From Escherichia coli (GTDB lineage Bacteria > Pseudomonadota > Gammaproteobacteria > Enterobacterales > Enterobacteriaceae), in the NCBI RefSeq assembly GCF_044324785.1, contig NZ_CP172127.1: a stretch of 64,000 nt of DNA; one strand, given 5' to 3'. The position numbers and the translations under genes are program-made. The notes beneath the pieces were generated by a model. That model was not told the origin of the DNA. It saw nothing but the letters and a program-made list of their open reading frames with translations, and ran no database searches. This document shows, in pieces, positions 26,703 through 38,188 of the stretch. Position 1 is the stretch's first letter; the number at the start of each line of letters is the position of its first letter.

Positions 26703-29700
26703 ATGATGGAAATTCTGCGTGGTTCGCCTGCATTGTCGGCATTCCGAATCAACAAACTGCTGGCACGTTTTCAGGCTGCCAGGCTCCCGGTTCACACTAT
26801 TTACGCCGAGTATGTCCATTTTGCTGACCTCAATGCGCCGTTAAACGATGATGAGCACGCACAACTTGAACGCCTGCTGAAATATGGCCCGGCACTCGCC
26901 AGCCACGCCCCGCAAGGCAAACTCCTGCTGGTGACCCCGCGTCCTGGCACCATCTCTCCCTGGTCTTCGAAAGCGACCGATATTGCCCATAACTGCGGGC
27001 TGCAACAGGTAAACCGTCTTGAGCGCGGCGTGGCTTACTATATAGAAGCCGGTACGCTGACCAATGAACAATGGCAGCAGGTTACCGCTGAACTGCACGA
27101 CCGCATGATGGAAACGGTCTTTTTTGCTTTAGATGATGCAGAGCAGCTGTTTGCACACCATCAACCGACTCCGGTCACCAGCGTTGATTTGCTGGGGCAG
27201 GGCCGTCAGGCGCTAATCGACGCTAACCTGCGTCTTGGCCTGGCACTGGCGGAAGATGAAATTGACTATTTGCAGGATGCTTTCACAAAGCTTGGTCGTA
27301 ACCCGAACGACATCGAACTGTATATGTTTGCCCAGGCGAACTCCGAGCACTGCCGCCACAAAATTTTTAACGCCGACTGGGTTATCGATGGTGAACAGCA
27401 GCCGAAATCGCTGTTTAAGATGATCAAAAACACCTTCGAAACCACGCCGGATCACGTTCTCTCTGCTTATAAAGATAACGCCGCCGTAATGGAAGGTTCT
27501 GAAGTGGGCCGCTACTTTGCTGACCACGAAACGGGCCGCTACGATTTCCATCAGGAACCGGCGCATATTCTGATGAAAGTCGAAACTCACAACCACCCGA
27601 CTGCGATTTCTCCGTGGCCGGGCGCGGCGACCGGTTCCGGCGGTGAAATCCGCGATGAAGGTGCCACCGGACGTGGCGCAAAGCCGAAAGCTGGTTTGGT
27701 TGGTTTCTCCGTTTCCAACCTGCGAATTCCTGGCTTCGAACAGCCGTGGGAAGAAGATTTCGGTAAGCCTGAGCGCATTGTCACCGCGCTGGACATCATG
27801 ACCGAAGGCCCGCTGGGCGGCGCGGCATTTAACAACGAATTTGGTCGTCCGGCACTGAACGGCTACTTCCGTACTTATGAAGAAAAAGTGAACAGCCACA
27901 ATGGCGAAGAGCTGCGCGGTTATCACAAACCGATCATGCTGGCGGGTGGGATCGGCAACATTCGCGCCGATCACGTACAAAAAGGCGAGATCAACGTTGG
28001 TGCGAAGCTGGTCGTTCTCGGCGGCCCGGCAATGAACATCGGTCTTGGCGGCGGCGCGGCGTCTTCCATGGCATCTGGTCAGTCTGATGCCGACCTCGAC
28101 TTTGCTTCCGTACAGCGCGACAACCCGGAGATGGAGCGTCGCTGCCAGGAAGTGATCGACCGTTGCTGGCAGCTTGGTGATGCCAACCCAATCCTGTTTA
28201 TCCACGACGTTGGCGCAGGCGGTCTTTCTAACGCCATGCCGGAACTGGTGAGCGACGGCGGGCGCGGCGGTAAATTTGAACTGCGCGATATCCTGAGCGA
28301 CGAACCGGGCATGAGCCCGCTGGAAATCTGGTGTAACGAATCCCAGGAACGCTACGTGCTGGCGGTTGCTGCCGATCAGTTACCGCTGTTTGACGAACTG
28401 TGTAAGCGTGAACGAGCGCCATACGCGGTGATTGGCGAGGCCACCGAAGAATTACATCTTTCTCTGCACGATCGTCATTTTGATAATCAACCCATCGATC
28501 TGCCGCTGGACGTGCTACTCGGCAAAACGCCGAAGATGACTCGCGATGTACAAACGCTGAAAGCGAAAGGCGACGCGCTGGCCCGTGAAGGGATCACCAT
28601 CGCTGACGCGGTGAAACGCGTGCTGCATCTGCCGACCGTGGCGGAGAAAACTTTCCTGGTGACCATTGGTGACCGCAGCGTAACCGGCATGGTAGCGCGC
28701 GATCAGATGGTGGGTCCGTGGCAGGTGCCGGTCGCTAACTGCGCGGTCACTACCGCCAGCCTCGATAGCTACTACGGCGAAGCGATGGCAATTGGCGAGC
28801 GTGCGCCGGTTGCGCTGCTGGATTTCGCCGCCTCTGCCCGTCTGGCGGTCGGTGAAGCGTTAACCAATATTGCCGCAACACAGATTGGCGATATCAAACG
28901 CATTAAACTTTCCGCGAACTGGATGGCAGCGGCAGGTCATCCAGGCGAAGATGCGGGCCTGTATGAAGCCGTTAAAGCTGTGGGCGAAGAGCTTTGTCCG
29001 GCGCTGGGCCTGACGATCCCGGTGGGTAAAGACTCTATGTCGATGAAAACCCGCTGGCAGGAAGGTAACGAAGAGCGCGAAATGACGTCGCCGCTGTCGC
29101 TGGTGATTTCTGCATTTGCCCGTGTGGAAGATGTGCGTCACACCATCACGCCGCAGCTTTCTACCGAAGATAACGCATTACTGCTGATTGATCTGGGCAA
29201 AGGCAATAACGCGCTGGGCGCAACGGCGCTGGCGCAGGTTTATCGTCAGCTTGGCGACAAACCGGCAGATGTACGCGACGTCGCGCAACTGAAAGGTTTC
29301 TATGACGCGGTTCAGGCGCTGGTAGCACAGCGTAAGCTGCTCGCGTACCACGACCGCTCTGATGGCGGCCTGCTGGTAACGCTGGCGGAAATGGCCTTTG
29401 CTGGTCATTGCGGCATTGACGCGGATATCGCCACTCTGGGTGACGATCGCCTGGCGGCGTTGTTTAACGAAGAACTGGGTGCGGTGATTCAGGTTCGAGC
29501 CGCTGACCGTGAAGCCGTTGAAGTGGTACTGGCACAGCATGGGCTTGCTGATTGCGTCCATTATGTTGGCCAGGCGGTTTCCGGTGACCGTTTTGTGATT
29601 ACCGCCAACGGGCAGACTGTATTCAGCGAAAGCCGCACTACGTTGCGTGTCTGGTGGGCAGAAACTACCTGGCAGATGCAGCGCCTGCGTGACAACCCGG

Positions 29701-30590
29701 AGTGTGCCGATCAGGAACATCAGGCGAAATCCAACGACGCCGATCCGGGCCTGAATGTGAAACTGTCGTTCGATATTAACGAAGATGTAGCAGCTCCGTT
29801 TATCGCTACTGGCGCGCGCCCGAAAGTTGCCGTACTGCGTGAGCAAGGCGTGAACTCGCATGTTGAAATGGCGGCAGCTTTCCACCGTGCGGGCTTTGAT
29901 GCTATCGACGTGCATATGAGCGACCTGCTGACTGGACGCACGGGACTGGAGGATTTCCACGCCCTGGTCGCGTGCGGTGGTTTCTCCTACGGTGATGTGC
30001 TGGGTGCCGGTGAAGGTTGGGCGAAGTCTATCCTGTTCAATGACCGTGTACGCGATGAGTTTGCAACCTTCTTCCACCGTCCGCAAACGCTGGCGCTGGG
30101 GGTATGTAACGGTTGCCAGATGATGTCTAATCTGCGTGAACTGATCCCAGGTAGTGAGTTGTGGCCACGTTTTGTGCGCAATACCTCCGATCGCTTTGAA
30201 GCGCGTTTCAGCCTGGTTGAAGTGACCCAAAGCCCATCGCTGCTATTGCAGGGGATGGTGGGCTCACAGATGCCGATTGCTGTGTCTCACGGTGAAGGGC
30301 GCGTGGAAGTGCGCGATGCGGCGCATCTGGCGGAGCTGGAAAGTAAAGGGCTGGTGGCACTGCGCTATGTCGATAACTTCGGTAAAGTCACTGAAACCTA
30401 CCCGGCTAACCCGAACGGTTCTCCGAATGGTATTACGGCGGTTACGACTGAAAGTGGTCGAGTCACCATTATGATGCCGCACCCGGAACGTGTTTTCCGT
30501 ACTGTCAGCAACTCCTGGCATCCGGAAAACTGGGGCGAGGATGGCCCATGGATGCGCATTTTCCGCAATGCGCGTAAGCAGTTGGGGTAA
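26703..30590 (+). CDS. purL: Phosphoribosylformylglycinamidine synthase
   Basis: 1295 aa single-chain FGAM synthase with C-terminal glutaminase domain (GVCNGCQ). Confidence 0.98.
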   Translation: MMEILRGSPALSAFRINKLLARFQAARLPVHTIYAEYVHFADLNAPLNDDEHAQLERLLKYGPALASHAPQGKLLLVTPRPGTISPWSSKATDIAHNCGLQQVNRLERGVAYYIEAGTLTNEQWQQVTAELHDRMMETVFFALDDAEQLFAHHQPTPVTSVDLLGQGRQALIDANLRLGLALAEDEIDYLQDAFTKLGRNPNDIELYMFAQANSEHCRHKIFNADWVIDGEQQPKSLFKMIKNTFETTPDHVLSAYKDNAAVMEGSEVGRYFADHETGRYDFHQEPAHILMKVETHNHPTAISPWPGAATGSGGEIRDEGATGRGAKPKAGLVGFSVSNLRIPGFEQPWEEDFGKPERIVTALDIMTEGPLGGAAFNNEFGRPALNGYFRTYEEKVNSHNGEELRGYHKPIMLAGGIGNIRADHVQKGEINVGAKLVVLGGPAMNIGLGGGAASSMASGQSDADLDFASVQRDNPEMERRCQEVIDRCWQLGDANPILFIHDVGAGGLSNAMPELVSDGGRGGKFELRDILSDEPGMSPLEIWCNESQERYVLAVAADQLPLFDELCKRERAPYAVIGEATEELHLSLHDRHFDNQPIDLPLDVLLGKTPKMTRDVQTLKAKGDALAREGITIADAVKRVLHLPTVAEKTFLVTIGDRSVTGMVARDQMVGPWQVPVANCAVTTASLDSYYGEAMAIGERAPVALLDFAASARLAVGEALTNIAATQIGDIKRIKLSANWMAAAGHPGEDAGLYEAVKAVGEELCPALGLTIPVGKDSMSMKTRWQEGNEEREMTSPLSLVISAFARVEDVRHTITPQLSTEDNALLLIDLGKGNNALGATALAQVYRQLGDKPADVRDVAQLKGFYDAVQALVAQRKLLAYHDRSDGGLLVTLAEMAFAGHCGIDADIATLGDDRLAALFNEELGAVIQVRAADREAVEVVLAQHGLADCVHYVGQAVSGDRFVITANGQTVFSESRTTLRVWWAETTWQMQRLRDNPECADQEHQAKSNDADPGLNVKLSFDINEDVAAPFIATGARPKVAVLREQGVNSHVEMAAAFHRAGFDAIDVHMSDLLTGRTGLEDFHALVACGGFSYGDVLGAGEGWAKSILFNDRVRDEFATFFHRPQTLALGVCNGCQMMSNLRELIPGSELWPRFVRNTSDRFEARFSLVEVTQSPSLLLQGMVGSQMPIAVSHGEGRVEVRDAAHLAELESKGLVALRYVDNFGKVTETYPANPNGSPNGITAVTTESGRVTIMMPHPERVFRTVSNSWHPENWGEDGPWMRIFRNARKQLG

Positions 30591-30647
30591 GCCGTCAGTC
30601 CATTGGTTTTACAGCCGGATGAGGCATTAAGCACCAACCACTATTAT

Positions 30648-30673
30648 AAGCTCCCAACTTCGGGAGCTTTTTT
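30648..30673 (+). terminator. Rho-independent terminator of purL
   Basis: AAGCTCCC aacttc GGGAGCTT followed by TTTTTT. Confidence 0.85.
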
Positions 30674-30674
30674 G

Positions 30675-30788
30675 TGTCTGTAAATCACGACAATGGGTGG
30701 TTTACCGTGTCGCTTTCTGGCGACACTTAACTGATTGATTTTAATAGTATCTAATAAGTTTATCTTAAGTTGTCTCTTTTTAGCGACA
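30675..30788 (+). promoter_or_regulatory. Three GlrR (QseF-type) activator sites TGTC-N10-GACA at 30675-30692, 30708-30725 and 30771-30788
   Basis: Three exact TGTC-N10-GACA repeats 100-230 bp upstream of the sigma54 promoter; fits the recalled glmY upstream activating sequences. Confidence 0.75.
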
Positions 30789-30877
30789 CAGTGGCTGATT
30801 TACATTCAAATAGCGAAGAAGCCATAAATCCCTCAAAGCAGCGTATAATCAGTACGTTACCAAACTATTTTCTTTAT

Positions 30878-30897
30878 TGGCACAGTTACTGCATAAT
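30878..30897 (+). promoter_or_regulatory. Overlapping sigma54 (TGGCAC-N5-CTGCAT) and sigma70 (-10 CATAAT) promoters of glmY
   Basis: GG at 30879-30880 and GC at 30891-30892 have the canonical 12-nt -24/-12 spacing; CATAAT at 30892-30897 overlaps the -12 element. Confidence 0.8.
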
Positions 30898-30904
30898 AGT
30901 AACC

Positions 30905-31088
30905 AGTGGCTCATTCACCGACTTATGTCAGCCCCTTCGGGACGTGCTACATAAAATTCGAATGACGCACAACAAGGTGCCTGCCGTCCAACTTCTGATA
31001 TCAGCGTAGCTATATCAACCATCGGGCGAAACGTCGAGTTAGGCACCGCCTTATTCCATAACAAAGCCGGGTAATTCCCGGCTTTGTT
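30905..31088 (+). ncRNA. glmY: GlmY small RNA (SroF/tke1), about 184 nt
   Basis: Starts about 12 nt after the -12 element (AGTGGCTCATTCACC...) and ends at terminator hairpin AAAGCCGGG taatt CCCGGCTTT (31063-31085) plus GTTGT; in the purL-glrK gap next to the GlrK/GlrR genes. Confidence 0.75.
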
Positions 31089-31146
31089 GTATCTGAACTT
31101 CCCCTCGGTTAGCATCAGGCTATTCGCGTCTGACGAGAGTAACACC

Positions 31147-32574
31147 TTGAAACGCTGGCCCGTTTTTCCCCGCTCATTACGACAACTGGTAATGCTGGCA
31201 TTTTTGCTGATTCTGCTGCCCCTGTTGGTGCTGGCATGGCAAGCCTGGCAAAGCCTGAATGCGCTTAGCGATCAGGCGGCGCTGGTTAACCGCACTACGC
31301 TTATTGATGCCCGGCGTAGTGAAGCGATGACCAACGCGGCGCTGGAGATGGAGCGTAGTTACCGTCAGTATTGCGTGCTGGACGACCCAACCCTGGCGAA
31401 GGTTTATCAAAGCCAGCGCAAGCGTTACAGCGAAATGCTCGATGCCCACGCAGGCGTGCTGCCGGACGATAAACTCTACCAGGCATTACGTCAGGATTTG
31501 AACAATCTGGCTCAACTTCAGTGTAACAACAGCGGTCCCGATGCTGCCGCCGCCGCACGTCTTGAAGCCTTTGCCAGTGCCAATACCGAAATGGTACAGG
31601 CCACGCGCACAGTGGTGTTCTCTCGTGGGCAGCAGCTTCAGCGTGAAATTGCCGAACGCGGGCAATATTTTGGTTGGCAATCGCTGGTGCTATTTCTGGT
31701 GAGTCTGGTGATGGTGCTACTTTTCACGCGGATGATTATCGGTCCGGTGAAAAATATTGAACGGATGATCAACCGGCTGGGGGAAGGGCGTTCTCTGGGC
31801 AATAGCGTTTCGTTCAGTGGACCGAGTGAGTTACGCTCGGTTGGGCAACGTATTCTTTGGTTAAGTGAGCGCCTGTCATGGCTGGAATCCCAACGTCATC
31901 AATTCTTAAGACATTTATCTCATGAATTAAAAACGCCGCTGGCGAGTATGCGCGAGGGCACTGAATTACTGGCTGACCAGGTTGTCGGGCCGCTTACGCC
32001 AGAGCAAAAAGAGGTGGTGAGCATTCTTGATAGCAGCAGCCGCAATTTGCAAAAGTTGATCGAACAACTGCTTGATTACAACCGTAAACAGGCGGACGGT
32101 GCGGTGGAACTGGAGAATGTTGAGTTAGCGCCACTGGTGGAAATGGTGGTTTCTGCTCATAGCCTGCCCGCACGGGCTAAAATGATGCATACCGACGTCG
32201 ATCTCAAAGCAACAGCTTGCCTGGCGGAGCCAATGCTGCTGATGAGCGTACTGGATAATCTTTACTCCAATGCGGTGCACTACGGGGCTGAATCCGGTAA
32301 CATTTGCCTTCGCAGCAGTTTACATGGCGCGCGGGTTTATATTGATGTCATCAATACAGGCACACCCATTCCGCAAGAGGAACGCGCCATGATCTTTGAA
32401 CCCTTTTTTCAGGGAAGCCACCAGCGAAAAGGGGCGGTGAAGGGCAGCGGTCTGGGATTAAGCATTGCCAGGGATTGTATTCGCCGTATGCAAGGGGAAC
32501 TGTATCTGGTCGACGAGAGCGGGCAAGACGTTTGCTTCCGCATTGAATTGCCGTCGTCGAAAAACACGAAATAA
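31147..32574 (+). CDS. glrK: Sensor histidine kinase GlrK (YfhK/QseE), 475 aa, TTG start
   Basis: ORF 31084..32574; TTG at 31147 gives MKRWPVFPRSL... of recalled length; HAMP, H-box HELKTPL, and ATPase N/G boxes. Confidence 0.85.
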   Translation: MKRWPVFPRSLRQLVMLAFLLILLPLLVLAWQAWQSLNALSDQAALVNRTTLIDARRSEAMTNAALEMERSYRQYCVLDDPTLAKVYQSQRKRYSEMLDAHAGVLPDDKLYQALRQDLNNLAQLQCNNSGPDAAAAARLEAFASANTEMVQATRTVVFSRGQQLQREIAERGQYFGWQSLVLFLVSLVMVLLFTRMIIGPVKNIERMINRLGEGRSLGNSVSFSGPSELRSVGQRILWLSERLSWLESQRHQFLRHLSHELKTPLASMREGTELLADQVVGPLTPEQKEVVSILDSSSRNLQKLIEQLLDYNRKQADGAVELENVELAPLVEMVVSAHSLPARAKMMHTDVDLKATACLAEPMLLMSVLDNLYSNAVHYGAESGNICLRSSLHGARVYIDVINTGTPIPQEERAMIFEPFFQGSHQRKGAVKGSGLGLSIARDCIRRMQGELYLVDESGQDVCFRIELPSSKNTK

Positions 32575-32738
32575 TGCTAACAGCCTATCCCATCAGGCTA
32601 TTTTATTTGCCAGTTTGGCCCTGGGCAGTGCTCGAAATCCTCACGTACGACGTGTACGCTCCGGTTTCTCCGCGCTGTCCATGTCCAGACTGCCTGCAAT
32701 AATTACGCCCACTGGGATAGGCATTAAGTCTGGTGAAT

Positions 32739-33452
32739 ATGCGACACATTTTTCAACGATTATTGCCCCGACGGCTGTGGCTGGCAGGGCTGCCATGTCT
32801 GGCATTGCTGGGTTGCGTGCAGAGTCACAATAAACCAGCCATTGATACGCCAGCAGAAGAAAAAATTCCGGTTTATCAACTGGCTGACTATCTTTCTACT
32901 GAATGTAGCGACATCTGGGCGCTGCAAGGTAAATCAACCGAAACCAATCCGCTTTACTGGCTGCGGGCGATGGATTGTGCTGATCGTTTAATGCCTGCGC
33001 AGTCGCGTCAGCAAGCCCGCCAATATGATGACGGCAGCTGGCAAAATACCTTTAAACAAGGGATTTTGCTCGCCGATGCCAAAATTACGCCGTATGAGCG
33101 CCGCCAGCTGGTCGCGCGTATTGATGTGTTAAGTACCGAGATCCCGGCACAGGTTCGCCCACTGTATCAACTCTGGCGCGACGGTCAGGCGCTGCAACTG
33201 CAACTGGCGGAAGAGCGCCAACGCTACAGCAAACTTCAGCAGTCCAGCGACAGCGAGCTTGATACTTTGCGCCAGCAACATCACGTTCTACAACAGCAAC
33301 TGGAACTCACCACCCGCAAGCTGGAAAACCTGACCGATATTGAACGCCAGCTCTCGACCCGCAAACCGGCTGGAAATTTCTCGCCGGATACGCCGCACGA
33401 GGGTGAAAAGCCCGCGCCATCCACCCATGAGGTCACGCCTGATGAGCCATAA
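32739..33452 (+). CDS. qseG: Outer-membrane lipoprotein QseG (YfhG), 237 aa
   Basis: ORF 32733..33452; ATG at 32739; lipobox LLGC; Q-rich coiled-coil C-terminus. Confidence 0.8.
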   Translation: MRHIFQRLLPRRLWLAGLPCLALLGCVQSHNKPAIDTPAEEKIPVYQLADYLSTECSDIWALQGKSTETNPLYWLRAMDCADRLMPAQSRQQARQYDDGSWQNTFKQGILLADAKITPYERRQLVARIDVLSTEIPAQVRPLYQLWRDGQALQLQLAEERQRYSKLQQSSDSELDTLRQQHHVLQQQLELTTRKLENLTDIERQLSTRKPAGNFSPDTPHEGEKPAPSTHEVTPDEP

Positions 33453-34776
33453 ACCTGCGCATTTATTATTGGTCGATGACGATCCGGGATTGCTGAAACT
33501 GCTTGGCCTGCGTCTGACCAGCGAAGGCTACAGCGTGGTTACGGCGGAAAGTGGTGCTGAAGGATTACGGGTACTGAATCGCGAAAAAGTAGATTTAGTC
33601 ATCAGCGACCTGCGGATGGATGAAATGGACGGTATGCAGCTGTTTGCTGAAATCCAGAAAGTGCAGCCGGGAATGCCAGTAATTATTCTTACTGCGCATG
33701 GTTCTATTCCCGATGCCGTTGCTGCAACACAGCAGGGCGTTTTTAGTTTCCTCACCAAGCCTGTCGATAAAGACGCGCTATATCAGGCAATTGACGATGC
33801 GCTGGAACAATCCGCGCCAGCCACCGATGAACGCTGGCGCGAGGCGATTGTCACCCGCAGCCCGCTGATGCTGCGTTTGCTGGAACAGGCGCGGCTGGTG
33901 GCACAATCAGACGTTAGCGTTTTGATTAACGGCCAGAGCGGCACCGGGAAAGAGATTTTCGCCCAGGCTATCCACAACGCCAGCCCGCGCAACAGCAAAC
34001 CATTTATTGCTATTAACTGTGGTGCATTGCCCGAGCAATTGCTGGAGTCGGAGCTGTTTGGTCATGCGCGTGGAGCGTTTACTGGCGCTGTCAGCAATCG
34101 CGAAGGTTTATTCCAGGCGGCGGAAGGCGGTACGCTATTTCTCGATGAGATTGGCGATATGCCCGCACCGTTGCAGGTTAAACTGCTGCGCGTGTTGCAG
34201 GAGCGTAAAGTGCGCCCGCTGGGCAGTAACCGCGATATTGATATCGACGTGCGGATTATTTCTGCCACTCACCGCGACCTGCCAAAAGCGATGGCGCGCG
34301 GGGAATTCCGTGAAGATCTTTATTACCGCCTCAACGTTGTCAGCCTGAAAATTCCGGCACTGGCGGAGCGCACAGAAGACATTCCGCTACTGGCAAATCA
34401 CCTGTTGCGCCAGGCGGCAGAGCGACATAAACCGTTTGTCCGCGCGTTCTCTACCGATGCGATGAAACGCCTGATGACCGCGAGCTGGCCGGGTAATGTG
34501 CGCCAGTTGGTCAACGTGATTGAACAGTGCGTGGCGCTGACCTCATCTCCGGTGATTAGTGATGCGCTGGTGGAGCAGGCGCTGGAGGGTGAAAATACGG
34601 CGCTGCCAACCTTTGTTGAGGCACGTAATCAGTTTGAACTCAACTATTTGCGTAAGCTGCTGCAAATTACCAAAGGCAACGTCACCCACGCGGCGAGAAT
34701 GGCGGGGCGCAACCGGACAGAATTTTATAAACTGCTTTCCCGACACGAGCTGGATGCAAACGATTTCAAGGAATGA
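33442..34776 (+). CDS. glrR: Sigma54-dependent response regulator GlrR (YfhA/QseF), 444 aa
   Basis: ORF 33340..34776; internal ATG 33442; receiver domain, AAA+ with GAFTGA, C-terminal HTH; overlaps the qseG 3' end by 11 nt. Confidence 0.9.
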   Translation: MSHKPAHLLLVDDDPGLLKLLGLRLTSEGYSVVTAESGAEGLRVLNREKVDLVISDLRMDEMDGMQLFAEIQKVQPGMPVIILTAHGSIPDAVAATQQGVFSFLTKPVDKDALYQAIDDALEQSAPATDERWREAIVTRSPLMLRLLEQARLVAQSDVSVLINGQSGTGKEIFAQAIHNASPRNSKPFIAINCGALPEQLLESELFGHARGAFTGAVSNREGLFQAAEGGTLFLDEIGDMPAPLQVKLLRVLQERKVRPLGSNRDIDIDVRIISATHRDLPKAMARGEFREDLYYRLNVVSLKIPALAERTEDIPLLANHLLRQAAERHKPFVRAFSTDAMKRLMTASWPGNVRQLVNVIEQCVALTSSPVISDALVEQALEGENTALPTFVEARNQFELNYLRKLLQITKGNVTHAARMAGRNRTEFYKLLSRHELDANDFKE

Positions 34777-34800
34777 ATTGGCGTTATGTGTTACGTTTAG

Positions 34801-35175
<375 letters not shown>

Positions 35176-35188
35176 ACCGCGTCAAGGG

Positions 35189-35214
35189 TTGCCGGATGTT
35201 TCCATCCGGCAACA
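35189..35214. terminator. Bidirectional terminator between convergent glnB and hmp
   Basis: GTTGCCGGATG ttt CATCCGGCAAC perfect hairpin. Confidence 0.8.
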
Positions 35215-35219
35215 TCAAA

Positions 35220-36410
35220 TCACAGCACCTTATGCGGGCCAAAGCATTCGTAATGAATGTTTTCCTGCTTCACGCCCAGATCCACTAACTGTTTCGCGGC
35301 AAACTGCATGAAGCCAACCGGGCCGCAGAGATAGAACTGCATTGTCGGATCGCTGAACGCACCTTCCAGTTTGCTCAAATCCATCAGACCTTCGCTATCA
35401 AACTGACCTTTAGCGCGATCGGCTTCGCTTGGCTGACGATACCAGGTGTGCGCGGTAAAGCGCGGCAGTGCTTGCCCCAGTTCCTTAACTTCATCGGCAA
35501 AGGCGTGAACATCGCCATTTTCTGCCGCATGGAACCAGTTCACTTGTGCTGTGTGGCCAGCTTTTGCCAGCGTGTCGAGCATTGCCAGCATTGGCGTTTG
35601 ACCGACACCGGCAGAGATTAACGTCACTGGTGTGTCATCTGCGACAGCCATAAAGAAATCACCTGCTGGAGCAACCAGTTTCACGACATCGCCAACATTG
35701 GCGTGATTGTGCAGCCAGTTGGATACCTGCCCGCCCTCTTCGCGTTTCACCGCAATACGATAGCCTTTGCCATCCGGTTTGCGAGTCAAAGAGTACTGAC
35801 GAATTTCCTGATGCGGGAAACCTTCCGGCTTCAGCCAGACGCCGAGATATTGCCCCGGACGGTATTCTGCCACTGCGCCACCGTCGACCGGCTCCAGTTC
35901 GAAGCTGGTGATAAGTGCGCTGCGCGGTGTTTTAGCCACAATGCGGAAATCGCGAGTACCTTCCCAGCCACCGGCTTTGCTGGCGTTTTCGTTATAGATT
36001 TCCGCCTCGCGATTGATAAATACATTAGCCAGTACGCCATAGGCTTTACCCCACGCGTCCAGCACTTCCTGGCCCGGGCTGAACATTTCGTCCAGCGTCG
36101 CCAACAGGTGTTCGCCGACGATGTTGTACTGTTCCGGTTTGATCTGGAAACTGGTGTGCTTCTGCGCGATTTTTTCTACCGCTGGCAGCAGCGCAGGCAG
36201 GTTTTCAATATTACTGGCGTAGGCGGCAATGGCGTTAAACAGGGCTTCACGTTGATCGCCATTACGCTGGTTACTCATGTTAAAAATTTCTTTGAGTTCT
36301 GGGTTATGAGTAAACATACGGTCGTAGAAATGGGCGGTTAACTTTGGCCCTGTTTCCACCAGTAAAGGGATGGTGGCTTTTACTGTAGCGATGGTTTGAG
36401 CGTCAAGCAT
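35220..36410 (-). CDS. hmp: Flavohaemoglobin (NO dioxygenase), 396 aa
   Basis: ORF 35220..36431; internal ATG (cat 36408-36410) gives [17 protein letters not shown]...; globin plus FAD/NAD reductase domains. Confidence 0.97.
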   Translation of the reverse strand: MLDAQTIATVKATIPLLVETGPKLTAHFYDRMFTHNPELKEIFNMSNQRNGDQREALFNAIAAYASNIENLPALLPAVEKIAQKHTSFQIKPEQYNIVGEHLLATLDEMFSPGQEVLDAWGKAYGVLANVFINREAEIYNENASKAGGWEGTRDFRIVAKTPRSALITSFELEPVDGGAVAEYRPGQYLGVWLKPEGFPHQEIRQYSLTRKPDGKGYRIAVKREEGGQVSNWLHNHANVGDVVKLVAPAGDFFMAVADDTPVTLISAGVGQTPMLAMLDTLAKAGHTAQVNWFHAAENGDVHAFADEVKELGQALPRFTAHTWYRQPSEADRAKGQFDSEGLMDLSKLEGAFSDPTMQFYLCGPVGFMQFAAKQLVDLGVKQENIHYECFGPHKVL

Positions 36411-36427
36411 ATGGTCTTCCTTTTTTT

Positions 36428-36461
36428 GCATCTTAATTGATGTATCTCAAATGCATCTTAT
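36428..36461. promoter_or_regulatory. hmp promoter operator: NsrR-type palindrome (AAGATGCATTTGAGATACATCA on the hmp strand) with overlapping FNR-like TTGATgtatCTCAA
   Basis: Palindrome 18-51 bp upstream of the hmp ATG with a duplicated TGCATCTTA element; matches the recalled NsrR/FNR repression site. Confidence 0.7.
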
Positions 36462-36605
36462 AAAAAATAGCCCTGCAATGTAAATGGTTCTTTGGTGTTT
36501 TTCAGAAAGAATGTGATGAAGTGAAAAATTTGCATCACAAACCTGAAAAGAAATCCGTTTCTGGTTGCAAGCTCTTTATTCTCCAAAGCCTTGCGCAGCC
36601 TGAAG

Positions 36606-36621
36606 GTAATCGTTTGCGTAA
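36606..36621 (+). promoter_or_regulatory. Possible PurR operator in the glyA promoter (GTAATCGTTTGCGTAA)
   Basis: Contains the CGTTTGCGT core of the PurR box about 120 bp upstream of glyA. Confidence 0.4.
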
Positions 36622-36737
36622 ATTCCTTTGTCAAGACCTGTTATCGCACAATGATTCGGTTATACTGTTCGCCGTTGTCCAACAGGACCGCCTATAAAGG
36701 CCAAAAATTTTATTGTTAGCTGAGTCAGGAGATGCGG

Positions 36738-37991
36738 ATGTTAAAGCGTGAAATGAACATTGCCGATTATGATGCCGAACTGTGGCAGGCTATGGAGCAG
36801 GAAAAAGTACGTCAGGAAGAGCACATCGAACTGATCGCCTCCGAAAACTACACCAGCCCGCGCGTAATGCAGGCGCAGGGTTCTCAGCTGACCAACAAAT
36901 ATGCTGAAGGTTATCCGGGCAAACGCTACTACGGCGGTTGCGAGTATGTTGATATCGTTGAACAACTGGCGATCGATCGTGCGAAAGAACTGTTCGGTGC
37001 TGACTACGCTAACGTCCAGCCGCACTCCGGCTCCCAGGCTAACTTTGCGGTGTACACCGCGCTGCTGGAACCAGGTGATACCGTTCTGGGTATGAACCTG
37101 GCGCATGGCGGTCACCTGACTCACGGTTCTCCGGTTAACTTCTCCGGTAAACTGTACAACATCGTTCCTTACGGTATCGATGCTAGCGGTCATATCGACT
37201 ACGCCGATCTGGAAAAACAAGCCAAAGAACACAAACCGAAAATGATTATCGGTGGCTTCTCTGCATATTCCGGCGTGGTTGACTGGGCGAAAATGCGTGA
37301 AATCGCTGACAGCATCGGTGCTTACCTGTTCGTTGATATGGCGCACGTTGCGGGCCTGGTTGCTGCTGGCGTCTACCCGAACCCGGTTCCTCATGCTCAC
37401 GTTGTTACTACCACCACTCACAAAACCCTGGCGGGTCCGCGCGGTGGCCTGATCCTGGCGAAAGGTGGTAGCGAAGAGCTGTACAAAAAACTGAACTCTG
37501 CCGTTTTCCCTGGTGGTCAGGGCGGTCCGTTGATGCACGTAATCGCCGGTAAAGCGGTTGCTCTGAAAGAAGCGATGGAGCCTGAGTTCAAAACTTACCA
37601 GCAGCAGGTCGCGAAAAACGCTAAAGCGATGGTAGAAGTGTTCCTCGAGCGCGGCTACAAAGTGGTTTCCGGCGGTACTGATAACCACCTGTTCCTGGTT
37701 GATCTGGTTGATAAAAACCTGACCGGTAAAGAAGCTGACGCCGCTCTGGGCCGTGCTAACATCACCGTTAACAAAAACAGCGTACCGAACGATCCGAAGA
37801 GCCCGTTTGTGACCTCCGGTATTCGCGTGGGTACTCCGGCGATTACCCGTCGTGGCTTTAAAGAAGCCGAAGCGAAAGAACTGGCTGGCTGGATGTGTGA
37901 CGTGCTGGACAGCATCAATGATGAAGCGGTTATTGAGCGCATCAAAGGTAAAGTTCTCGACATCTGCGCACGTTACCCGGTTTACGCATAA
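36738..37991 (+). CDS. glyA: Serine hydroxymethyltransferase, 417 aa
   Basis: ORF 36732..37991; ATG 36738 after AGGAG; PLP-lysine motif [14 protein letters not shown]. Confidence 0.98.
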   Translation: MLKREMNIADYDAELWQAMEQEKVRQEEHIELIASENYTSPRVMQAQGSQLTNKYAEGYPGKRYYGGCEYVDIVEQLAIDRAKELFGADYANVQPHSGSQANFAVYTALLEPGDTVLGMNLAHGGHLTHGSPVNFSGKLYNIVPYGIDASGHIDYADLEKQAKEHKPKMIIGGFSAYSGVVDWAKMREIADSIGAYLFVDMAHVAGLVAAGVYPNPVPHAHVVTTTTHKTLAGPRGGLILAKGGSEELYKKLNSAVFPGGQGGPLMHVIAGKAVALKEAMEPEFKTYQQQVAKNAKAMVEVFLERGYKVVSGGTDNHLFLVDLVDKNLTGKEADAALGRANITVNKNSVPNDPKSPFVTSGIRVGTPAITRRGFKEAEAKELAGWMCDVLDSINDEAVIERIKGKVLDICARYPVYA

Positions 37992-38024
37992 GCGAAACGG
38001 TGATTTGCTGACAATGTGCTCGTT

Positions 38025-38128
38025 GTTCATGCCGGAAGCGGCATGAACGCCTTATCCGGCCTACAAAACTTTGCAAATTCAATATATTGCAATATCCGTG
38101 TAGGCCTGATAAGCGTAGTGCATCAGGC
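38025..38128. repeat. REP/BIME cluster downstream of glyA
   Basis: Hairpin GTTCATGCCG...CGGCATGAAC, then REP copies GCCTTATCCGGCCTAC and inverted GTAGGCCTGATAAGCG...CATCAGGC. Confidence 0.8.
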
Positions 38129-38149
38129 AATCTTAGGTTTGTGATCATC

Positions 38150-38171
38150 AAGGCTTCCTTCGGGAAGCCTT
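38150..38171. terminator. Hairpin AAGGCTTCC ttcg GGAAGCCTT between glyA and yphH (putative terminator)
   Basis: Perfect 9-bp stem with tetraloop; flanks are not strongly T-rich. Confidence 0.45.
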
Positions 38172-38188
38172 TCTACGTTATTGCGCCA

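Noticed and set aside
30770-31009. 79-aa ORF in the purL-glrK intergenic region
   Set aside because: It overlaps the glmY promoter and sRNA body, has no RBS, and the region is explained by the sigma54 promoter, GlrR sites and terminator.
36741-38030. 429-aa ORF on the minus strand spanning all of glyA
   Set aside because: It is antisense to a gene with strong, full-length serine hydroxymethyltransferase sequence; long antisense frames are common opposite highly expressed, codon-biased genes. The same applies to the other antisense ORF-track entries inside srmB, purL, hmp, yphD, trmJ, iscS and iscU.
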